A stretch of DNA of 62,371 nt, counting the filler, from Gonapodya sp. JEL0774 (Eukaryota): the NCBI GenBank assembly GCA_027604505.1. It is 3 parts of 3 records of this genome, joined end to end, with 100 filler letters (N's around TTAATTAATTAA, not from the genome) between each part and the next. Parts side by side here need not be neighbours in the genome. Positions count along the whole stretch, not along the records: positions 1 to 20,956 come from JADIIX010000246.1; positions 21,057 to 41,938 come from JADIIX010000247.1; 1 more part is not named here. One strand, given 5' to 3'. Below the pieces are notes generated by a model, which had not been told where the DNA came from, did no database searches, and saw only the letters and a list, made by a program, of their open reading frames with translations. Numbering within the stretch: the first letter of the stretch is position 1; every line of letters begins with the position of its first letter. Positions 11,841 through 22,021 of the stretch are shown here, in pieces. Made by a program: the position numbers and the translations under genes.

Positions 11841-13297
11841 ATGTCCGACGCCTACAAAGACATTGTCGTATCAATCGATGGAAAGATCGGAACCAGTGAG
11901 TGATTCCGTCCTTGTTCATTTGATGGTGTGTGTTGTGATTCTCAGTGTATTCCTTCTGTTTCCAGTAAAGCTGAACCGCCCAAAATCTCTGAATGCTCTC
12001 TCGCCCGCTCTTGTTCACTCTCTGATCCGTGCCCTGGACGATCTGGCGAGGAATCCGGAAACGGTCGTGACAGTCGTGACAGGAGAGGGACGGTGAGGAA
12101 TGTCCAATTTCCGACCAAATCCCCGACCTATATGAAAGCACGTGCTTTGATTATATGTAGATATTTGTCTGCCGGTGTTGACATCAATGGTTTGTCGTAT
12201 CTGCTTGGTGTTCCTTGCAGTAATCGCGCCCACACATCCATGACCACTAGCTGGCGGCGGAACTCTCGCTACCGGCCGCAACGCGGATCTTGAATCGTCA
12301 TCAAAGTCCCTCCATCTCCTTGGAGAGACCGAGCGTTTAGCTTGGGTCGACATTGTTGGACGAATGCTCATCAAGGTGTGGCTAATCTACATTTCGTTCC
12401 AAAAATCGTGTTCAATAAAGTCAGCTGTAATCCCAGCATCCGAAAATCCTGGTTTTTGCCCTCAATGGTCCCGTCGTCGGTATCACAGCTGCTTGGGTAC
12501 GTTGCGATGTCTTTTAATGGACCGCACATGCTCCGCTGACCTCGCATCTCTGCGAATGACGTTTCAGACCGCCTACGCTGACCTCATTGTAGCCTCAGAT
12601 ACCGCAACCTTGCACCTCCCGTTCTCAAACCTGGGACTCGTTCCCGAAGGCGGCTCCGCAGCGAGCTTCGCTATACGGATGGGTTACGGGAGAGCTGTCG
12701 AGGTTGTGGTGGGTTGAAGTGAACTCCAGTGCTAACTATGAGTCTGGTGGACGATATGAAGCTGACGTCTCGCTCGTTCGCGTCAGATGTTTGGCCGCAA
12801 AATGACCGCACAAGAACTCGAAAACTGTGGATTTGTCAAGTGAGTGTCCAATGGTGGAGTCGATTGGCTCTTCTACCGAATCAAACCCCTGTTACCCCTC
12901 GACCATGCCCTCTACGCACATCACCTTCTCGTTGAAACCGAAAATCCGTACCGCCACCCTACCCGGCCCCAGCCGCATCTTCCCACACGCCACCTTCTCC
13001 ACATCCGTCTCCCAATACCTCCACGCGCACCTCTCCAACAACAACGCCGTCGCCCTGTTGGCCGCAAAACGCCTCCTCCGAGGACACGTCATGGACGATC
13101 TCGTGACCGGAAACGCGAAAAGCTTGGAGGCGATGGCGGAGCAGATGGTTACGGGAGAGCCGGCCAGGGAGATGGGCAGGAAGAGGGAGGAGTTGAGAGG
13201 TGAGTTGAGAGGAGAGCAATGTGGTGACTGCGACACAAGACCTTTTCCATATCAATCCGTTCATTTCACTTCAGCCAAGTCCAAAAGCAAGATGTGA
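11841..13297 (+). CDS. Peroxisomal delta3,delta2-enoyl-CoA isomerase (crotonase fold), multi-exon
   Basis: MSDAYKDIVVSIDGKIGT|VKLNRPKSLNAL..VTVVTGEGR|YLSAGVD..ALNGPVVG..ADLIVASDTATLHLPFSNLGLVPEGGSA; C-terminus ..KSKSKM* is a PTS1. Confidence 0.9.
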
Positions 13298-13671
13298 CGA
13301 TCAAGGGGAGATCTTGGTGCCTGAACTAAGAGACAATTTTGGCAGAACACTCGTCGAGTAAGAGAGATCACGGAGTATATGTGTATATGATCCCAAGGTT
13401 ATCGGCGAAATACAACAGTTCGGTACCTCTCAGATCAAACACCATGCTCAGCCGGTTGAGAGGGAGCAACCTCAGTGCACCTGGACGTGTCAAGCAGGGT
13501 CAGGGCGGGGAAAGGAGTGTGACCTCTTCCACCCCGGCGGTCGTGCGCCAGTCTCCCCCCTCTCTGTCGCCCCCCTATGCGATGAACTCCGCTTCTATCC
13601 GAACAGCCAACAAATTCATATTTCTCGTTTCTCTTCAACTTGCACCACCATATCTTCCACTCCCATCCAGC

Positions 13672-14479
13672 TCAATCCAAGATCACTTCAATGCGATCGA
13701 GTATCATCTCCGAGATCGGATTTCCGACGCCAGCAACAGGTTTTGCGAGTATTCATCTATCTTCTTCTGATAATTGAAGGTTGTTCACTATCTCCAGCAC
13801 GTCCAAATCCCCAGTCAAACTGAGCTTGTCAATATACTCTGCCATGTCGTACATTGATTCTTGTGTCTTGGGTATCAAATAGATCTGCCAACCAAACTCA
13901 GCTGTATCAGCCTGGACCGATAGATCCACCATCGTTTCAGACGTCATCCGAAGCAACCAGCAGCCAATCTCCTTGATACAGGTTTGACCAACAAAGGGTG
14001 ATTTGTGCGCTGCTGCCGCCGCGACTTTCCCAAAGGTTTGCCAGGCTACTCGGGAATGTCCCAACTGTGATAAAAACTCTTGGGCTCGCTCCAAGGTTTC
14101 TGAATTAACTGATTTGCGATATTGCCGCACCAGCTGCACTGTATCCAGAGAAATTTACACGTCCATCACAGAGTTGCAACATGTATGCCCAATCGACAAT
14201 CCAGCACGCATCCCAATCAGTCAAAATATCTGCGTTCACAAAGTCGTTCCACGGAAATGCATCATTATAGTGCCCAAGATGGTTCGCAATGTTCATCATC
14301 ACGATCTCTCTCGGCAACTCGGATTGTAGTAATCCGTCCCACAACTTTTGGGTATTCCCGCGGATTGGGGATCCACGACAAGCGGACTGCGTTTGAAGGG
14401 AGCACAAACACACGAGAAACCGATTACATTCATCTGTTGAGAATTTTGAGGGTGGTGGCGGCGCGGAGTGATTGAGCAT
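13672..14479 (-). pseudogene. Degenerate copy of the F-box-like family C-terminal exon (copy 3)
   Basis: Homologous to exon 2 of copies 1 and 2 (SPIRGNTQKLWDGLLQSELPREIVMMNIAN..FPWNDFV..WIVDW). It has an ~20-aa deletion, a frameshift near 14105 and a premature TGA at 13753 with homology continuing beyond it. Confidence 0.85.
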
Positions 14480-14711
14480 AGAAGGAGAACTCTAAAATTC
14501 TTACCACAATGACAATGCTCACTCAGCCGATATTTTTATTGTGGGTGGTCCAGTGTCCAAGTAAGGTCAATCAGTGCGGAGGGAAAAGGTGAACAAAGTA
14601 TACACTCTTGGTAGTAGAGCGAATGTATTTTGACATGTTTCCATGTTCAAATCATCACCACCTCATGTCCATGACAGAGCTGATTGCATATGGCCTCATC
14701 AATGCTTAAAC

Positions 14712-16279
14712 CTAATGGTTCTTTATCATTGTTGCAATTGATTCTCCAACTCTCTCGATATGGTGAGCAAGCACTCCTCTCTCATCTTCCCCCAAACGCA
14801 GATGTCCCAAAACTCTCTGCAAGTCCAAAGTGCAAAAGCCGAGGTTTAAAATGTCATACGCCACGTGACGGAAGAATACTCGGTTCGGATCTGCGAGATG
14901 TTTGCCCCGAAGAAATTGCGCAGCGGCTTGCTCCACTGCATCATCATTTGGCATTTCCCTGGAGGTTACCCAAAGAAGCGATAAGACAAAGTCGTTGATA
15001 TTTGCTGGTTTTGGAACGCAAAGTGGGTGATGTGCTCTCGCAACTCTGCCAAAAGCTAGCCACGCCTCGTGACTGTTCCCCAACTGTCTCAAGAACACCT
15101 TCGCCTGTTCAAACGCTTCATTGTAGCTGTAACTACAAAACACTGCACCAGCAGCAGTGAATCCAGAAAAATTTCCTCGCCCATCACAAGCACGCAACAT
15201 ATGTAGTGGGTCTTTCCACTTTTTAGCTTTCAGCATCGCCCAAGATGGCGCATTTGGGGAAAGGCAGTCGGTCCAATCTGTGATCCACATCACATCTGCA
15301 TCGTTCAATGCGCCTGACATGATGAACTTCTCCAGGGGAAAAGGATTTTGTGACTCGAAATAATTCGCAAGGTTCATCAGAACGATCTCTCTTGGCAAGT
15401 CTGCTAGCAATAAGGCATTCCAGAATTTCTTCGAATCCCCGTTGATAGGAGCACTCCTGTGAGCAGCAGATGTACGGAGAGAACGCAAGCAAAGAATGAA
15501 TTCAGACCATTCGTTTTCTGAGAAATTGGAGGGCGTTGGGGGTAAGGAATGATTGGGTTGGATTGGAGTGATCTGAGCCATGAAATATCCACCCACCAGA
15601 AATGGTGGGAATTATGAACCCCAGTTTACACACATTCAGACGACGATTGACAACTTGCCTCTTGACCGTTTTCATCTTGAATCACCTGGCGGTACGCGTC
15701 GAGATTCAAGGATCGAGGATCCGGGGAAAAGCAGCGTTCCAGAAAACGAACGATCTCCAATCGTTGGCTGTATCCCAGTCGAATAATAATGTGTGCCACG
15801 GTGTGCCCATCTAACTTTGTTTCCCTGCCTACCACGTCCGCGAACGTGATAAAATCTTGTCCCAAACCCAAATCTTTCATCTGATCCACCATGAACCGGA
15901 GCCCGAAGACCTTGAAAAGCAGGTAGAATCCATCTCGCAGGTCCCGCGGTTGCTTTGTTACACGACAGGCGTATCTGAATCGGAGCAAGCAGGTCTGATG
16001 GACCGACCCTTTTAAACTTTTCGACACAGATCGGAGGGCCCAGAGGGTGGAGAGCCGGACACGGAAGAGAATGTGATTATGAAGCAGCTCGCTTGCGTTC
16101 ACAATCTCGCGTGCGAGGTTTCGATCCATTGAGTTATACCCTGTGTGTTGGGGGGCTTTCCTGTAAAATTGTCCCTTCATGGCCCCAGGGTCCTGATGTC
16201 TGCATCCATGCCACCCGCTCGAAGGCACAATGCAGGTCCTAGATACATCAAGCGCGCACATCTCGGCTGCGTATTCCAT
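14712..16279 (-). CDS. Uncharacterised protein with F-box-like N-terminus (local family copy 2); GC-AG intron at 15573-15658
   Basis: GAG|GCAAGT donor and CTCAG|ATC acceptor join the 217-aa and 294-aa ORFs in frame. Shares HQTCLLRF..PRDLRDGF..LLFKV and CDGRG.FSG..AA with copy 1. Confidence 0.75.
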
Positions 16280-16807
16280 TGGTGCGGTTGGTACTTTGTT
16301 TCTGCCGGAGACCAGAAAGATTGCGAAAGCAGCAATTAAACGCTTCCGATTCTCTAACTAAATGGGAGCGTAACAATTCGGTGTTAGATCACCAGAATCA
16401 TTCATAAGTTGTGTGTATGAATTTTCAATATCGAGAATGACTACTGGCCATATATATCAATTCACTAAGATTGGGTTGGCTTACAACCAGGACCACAATC
16501 ACGTTTCCCGGCCACTACAGCACCAGGTCGTTGTTTTTCGAGCAGGGAAAGGATTCTTATATTCGTCATTGGATTGGGAGTGTTCTCGAGTAATCCGACC
16601 GGTGAGTGAATGTTTGGTGGACACCAGCAAACCATCCTGAATCTTCGAGACAGCAGGGTAGGACCTGGAAAACTACTTGGCTCTTACTCCCGCGTGCAGC
16701 ACCGGAGCGTGCCGTCGGTTCCTGATTCAAATTCATCCTGTGCCGTTTTCGAGGAACCCACCGTGGGTCCCTCCCCTCCATCCTTGAAAACCTCAGCATC
16801 CGCGGGT

Positions 16808-19800
16808 ATGAGCATCGTACGCAAGGACTCGCAGCCCAGCCGTGCCGCCATGACGGATAATTCGGACCTGGAGGTCTCTCGGGGCACCTCTGCGGCGTCT
16901 CTCGAACCCGCCCCATTACCGCTAGACCGTCCCCCCTCCACCCCTATCCTCACCATTACTCCATCCGCCGCCCTTGTGAACAAAATTCTCAAGAAGGAGA
17001 AGGATAAAGGAGGGGAGCAGGAGGACCTGACCTCGTACATCAGGCCAGAGACAGGAGAGAAGGTATCCACAATGAACAGGATCGTGACTGGTGAGGATGC
17101 GTCCATCAGGACATCATACTCTGAACATTTGCATTTGCATGGGTGTAATTGGCGCTATTGTGGCCGGTACGGAGGTGGAAGCCAGTGGGTTATGGCTCTG
17201 CTGACACCAAATGGAATGTTAGTTGTTGGCGGGCCGGTACTCCACCGGCTATCCGGAGCTCTTTCCCATTCATTGAGACGACATACCACTGGATATTCCC
17301 TGGGTCTGTCGCGTTCACCATCAGATATCGCCATTCACACGTGTGCTCCCATCTTCACGGCATGCAGACGTACCGGCTCCTGCAACAACCAAACCTACTG
17401 CCGAAACCCTCTTCACCGACTATCCCGCCAACACCAAACCTGACGTGGAATTTTTGCGGAAGCACTTTTTGCTCGAGGGGCGGTTAAGTGAGCAACACGC
17501 GTTGCGAATCGTGGAGTTATGTACAGAGGTTATGAGGAAGGAAGCAAATTTGTTGGAACTCGAGGGGCCAATTACGAGTGAGTAGATTTCGAGGCGAGCA
17601 TGTTCATAGAGTAGGGGCTGGAAGAGCTCGGGGAGCCATGGACGGAATGTGACACATAATTGGGCTCTCGACTCGTCGTGTCCCGCAAATAGTCGTCGGA
17701 TTCTAGAGTATTTCACTGTGGATTGTCCCCTTGGTCCAGTCTACGTTGGCACAGGTCTCTGCCTGCGAACAAGTTTAGCCGAGGGGTACTATCGGAAGTG
17801 GCTCGTGTCCTTTGACTCCTTGCCGTTCATGATGTGTCCTCAATGCCGATGAGAGCTTCTCCATGTCTGACGTCGACACACGGAATGGGTGGAGGGGTTT
17901 CGTTGGAGGTGGCAACGATTCGGGTGGAGGGTTTCGTTGGAGCTGGCAACGATTCGGAGTTTCATAGCCTGAACTACGGTTCGAAATCTAACTCCACGTT
18001 TTTGTGATCTATTCCTAGTTTGTGGTGATATCCACGGTCAATTTTTTGATCTTGCCAAACTGTTTGATGTGGGTGGCCCTCCTGGGGACAACCTGAAGTA
18101 CTTGTTCTTGGGCGATTACGTTGATCGAGGATACTTTTCAATTGAAGTGAGTGTCTACTTATTGTGCACGAGCAGGTTATGCCATCATCTCAGTTAACCT
18201 TCGAACTATCTCTCCTCTCGTCTGGTGCTTCCGCGGATCGTTTCGGCTCGGTACTGCATTGTCAAACAACCCGCCGCTGTTCTAGTGTTTACTCTACCTC
18301 TGGTCCTTGAAAATCCTTCATCCCAACACCATTTTTCTTCTCCGTGGGAACCACGAATGCCGCCACCTCACCGAATACTTCACGTTCAAAATCGAATGCA
18401 TGCACAAGTACTCGGAAAATCTGTACAACGCGTGCTTGGAGAGCTTCAACGCCCTTCCGCTCGCCGCGGTGGTCAATAAGCAGTTTATGTGCGTTCACGG
18501 TGGTATTGGACCAGAATGGAACAAGATTGAGGACGTGAACGAGGTACGCTTGGTTGAAACATCCCCGCGAGGACCCTTTGCGTGTTTCTCCCTCATTCTG
18601 AACTTCCCTCACTCAAGATCGACCGGTTCCGTGAGCCACCGACTCATGGATTGTTTTGCGATATCCTCTGGTCGGATCCGTTGGAGGATTACGACCGACC
18701 AAGACCAGGATCCGGGCCTGACGAGTTTTTCGTTCATAACGATCAGAGAGGTTGCAGTTACTACTACAAGTGAGCTATGACGTGGTGTTTGAAGGTTTGC
18801 AGAACTGGGAGTGCTTATAACCTTGTGGTGTCGCAGCTACGGTGCTGTTTGTGCGTTCCTGGAGAGGAACAATCTCCTTTCGCTCATAAGGGCGCACGAA
18901 GTACAGGATGCAGGGTTCGTAGCACATCAGAGCTCACTGCGTTTTTACTTCAATCGATTCACGTCTTTGATGTGCTCCTCCAGCTACCGCTTGTACAAAG
19001 CCCGCAAGTCTACCAACTTCGCGAGTCTTATCACGCTTTTCTCCGCACCCAACTACCTAGACGCGTACAAGAACAAGGCCGCCGTCTTGCGGTACGACAA
19101 CAACACGATGAACATCAGACAGTTCTCGGCGTCGCCACATCCGTATTGGCTTCCGAATTTCATGGACATTTTTACGTGGAGTTTGCCGTTTGTGGGGGAG
19201 AAGAGTGGGTTCGAATTTGTTGACTGAGCGTGTAATTTGAGCATACAAATGTTTCCTTGCCCGCTAGTTCTTGATATGCTCCTTGGAATTTTGAACATCT
19301 GTTCACGCGAAGAACTGGATGAACTGGCCCAGCGCAAGCGCAAGATCGTCGTCAAGCTTCCCGAATCCGAAGCCGGAATTACGGGCCCGCCGGTTCCATC
19401 GATGGTAATCGAGGGTGAAACTGGCGAGAAGATGGTGGTCATCTCCGGAGATCCTGCAGATAAGCTTGGTGAGCGAGATTTTTGATGTGGTCGTCGTAGT
19501 GCGAGTAAAGGGACGTGCACTTCAATTGAAAATCTCCATCCGCCAGAAATCGACGAAGGGGAGAGTCCAAGTGAGGCAAGAAAGAACATCGTGCGGAAAA
19601 AGATCCGCACAGTCGGGAAGATGTCGAGGTTTTTCCAAATCCTTCGGTAGGGGCAGGTGCTTTCGAATTGTGTGCGACACCCACTTATACTATAGCTTTC
19701 CATTTACCTTCGGTTTGCAGACAAGAATCGGAAGCAATTTCCGAGCTCAAGAACTTGCTGGGCAAGGCGAAGCTCCCGCACGGGCAGTTGGCGTTGGGAA

Positions 19801-20180
19801 CTGAAGGAATCCGCCAAGGTATACTGAGTTCTGTGAATACAGCTGTTGCCCAATCTTGGACTAACACGTTTCGCATTTTCCCTCCAGCGATTGTTACCTT
19901 TGATGAGGCAAAACAAGCCGACAAACTCAACGAGCGGATGCCTCCTCCATCGGGCACCAACTCTGTCGCCGGGAGTCGAGACAACTTCGGTTCTCACAGT
20001 GGTCTGGCTGCAGGGAGCATCACAAATCTGGCTCGAGCGCCGAGTTTGACCAAGATGGAAGACCTGGAGGTGGAGCAGGATCCCTTGGTGGAAGCTGCGG
20101 AAGACGATTCGGATGATGACATGGAGAGCCAACACGACGTCGAGAAGGATCCGTGGGGAGGAGAGATTGTTTCGCATTGA
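16808..20180 (+). CDS. CNA1: Calcineurin A catalytic subunit (PP2B), multi-exon
   Basis: GDIHGQ, GDYVDRG, LRGNHE, SAPNYLD; CNB-binding [23 protein letters not shown]; CaM-binding [20 protein letters not shown]; autoinhibitory [16 protein letters not shown]. The start codon is uncertain (16808 or 16850). Confidence 0.97.
17887..17955. repeat. Two-copy ~34-35-bp tandem repeat inside a calcineurin intron
   Basis: GGGTGGAGGG(G)TTTCGTTGGAG[G/C]TGGCAACGATTC twice. Confidence 0.9.
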
Positions 20181-20408
20181 GACGGTAGTGTTGGGGAGGA
20201 GTATGTTTTTGGGTATAAGGCAACACCGTGTAGACTGCTTGCGATTCGTCAAGGATAAGGAGATGACATGGAGAGCCAACACGACGTCGAGAAGGATCCG
20301 TGGGGAGGAGAGATTGTTTCGCATTGAGACGGTAGTGTTGGGGAGGAGTATGTTTTTGGGTATAAGGCAACACCGTGTAGACTGCTTGCGATTCGTCAAG
20401 GATAAGGA
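20115..20408. repeat. Perfect 2 x 147-bp tandem duplication spanning the calcineurin stop codon and 3' UTR
   Basis: The unit GATGACATGGAGAGCC...GGATAAGGA starts at 20115 and again at 20262. Confidence 0.95.
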
Positions 20409-20530
20409 CGTGGTGTAAAGCTATTTCTGTCAATAATACTCAAGCCGATTCGAAACAATACTCTGTGACTATCTTCAGGCAACTTCTAGCAGTGAAGTCT
20501 GTTATTATCCTCAGTTTCATAGCTATGCAA

Positions 20531-20956
20531 TCACTCTTGGGGTCTGAACACCACTTTCTCTCCCGAAACTCCTTTCTTGTTCTTCTCTAGCGCCGCCTCG
20601 ATGGCTGAAAGTCCTCCAGGCACAACGAGTGGCCGGTTTGGAATGTACAGTCCCTTCGCGACCACTCCGTCCTCTCCCCCAAGGTATTTGGCCATGGGCT
20701 CACTCAAGTACCGCAGAGCAGGGGAGCTGCCGAGACCCAGGATAGGACGGATTGTCACCTTGGGCACGTGCTCCTGGCCCTGTTTCGCCGCTTCCTCGTC
20801 CGCTCGTCCAACGGTAACGACGTAACTATCGGCTGTAGCCACTGCTCGCAGGATACTGACGCTCAGCTTCTGAGTGGATTTATCCGAGATAGAATCGTAC
20901 ACAAACGCGAGGGACATACCGCCGAGTGCCGCCTTAAACGCCTCGGGGGTAGAAGT
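20531..20956 (-). CDS. C-terminal part of an MDR enoyl-reductase-like oxidoreductase (ToxD/YLR460C-like); 5' end lost in the gap
   Basis: FVYDSIS..STQ, then PNRPLVVPGGLSAIEAALEKNKKGVSGEKVVFRP*, the typical C-terminus of this subfamily. Confidence 0.8.
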   Translation of the reverse strand, partial: TSTPEAFKAALGGMSLAFVYDSISDKSTQKLSVSILRAVATADSYVVTVGRADEEAAKQGQEHVPKVTIRPILGLGSSPALRYLSEPMAKYLGGEDGVVAKGLYIPNRPLVVPGGLSAIEAALEKNKKGVSGEKVVFRPQE

Positions 20957-21056
20957 NNNNNNNNNNNNNNNNNNNNNNNNNNNNNNNNNNNNNNNNNNNN
21001 TTAATTAATTAANNNNNNNNNNNNNNNNNNNNNNNNNNNNNNNNNNNNNNNNNNNN
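20957..21056. other. Assembly gap with artificial linker
   Basis: 44 N + TTAATTAATTAA + 44 N. Confidence 0.99.
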
Positions 21057-22021
21057 TCACCCCCCTTTGTGAGTTTTCCCCGACCCGAGTGGGGCCCGGC
21101 AACCTTTGCCGAGCAGCTCGCATGACCCCCTTCACTTCTGAAAATCAAAAGAATGAAGCCCCGCTTCGCTTTCGCTCAGCGAAACTTCGTCACTGGACTG
21201 GGCAAATGGACAATTGATGCGGGGCTTCCATCCCTCTGGTTTGTCTCGAACTACATCATGATATGTGAACGATGTGAAAATGGTGGCTATTTGGATGGGG
21301 CAGGTCTGGGTCCGTGTGAGTGTTCTCGGAAGTTGTTGCAATGCTGAATCACTTGTACTGGACGCAGTCCTTCTCCAACCAGTCAGAAATTGCAGATTCC
21401 AGTCATCCCAATATATTCAATTCAGCTACTAGTGCTATTCAGACGAATTGACATTTGTGTCAAACCTCGCAGTCAACAACACTCTGATCTCTCACACCAA
21501 CTTTTCTGCCCATTTCGAGATCTGTTCCCTCCCAAAATGAATCAAAAACGTCGAACAAAATGAAAACATGTTCTGAGTGGCTGGTGGACACTGTGGAGTC
21601 AATGGGGCTTGGTGAAGGTGAGTGAATATGGTGTTCAAACTCATGGTGGGGACTTTCTGTGCGGGGACTCCTGTTTGCGTTCATATTCTCGCTCGAGAGC
21701 ACCAGCAACTACGAGACGTGCATCCTGTGTGGTTGAACATCGGTGGTTGGTGGCCCTCAAGAGGAAATTGTGTCATATTTAGAGTTCACAACCACCAAAC
21801 CGTAGATACATATGAAATCAGCACTCTACACTACAACGTGAACCAAATACAATTTGAATTTATCTTTGATCTTGAGGTGCGGTCTGCGTGCACCATACAG
21901 TGAGCCGCAAGTGCTGGTGGCTTATGGATCGAGAGTATGGAACTGCCGATGTTTGTCACCATATCAAAAAATTCAAACTCAAAACTGTTTCTCTATAAAG
22001 GCATCATCCAAAACCGCTCTA

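Noticed and set aside
20115..20408. CRISPR-like array (also the 17887-17955 repeat)
   Set aside because: Only two adjacent units, no spacers, eukaryotic context.
21001..21012. TTAATTAATTAA palindrome (also at 41983-41994)
   Set aside because: Centred in identical N runs; an assembly linker with stops in all frames, not biology.
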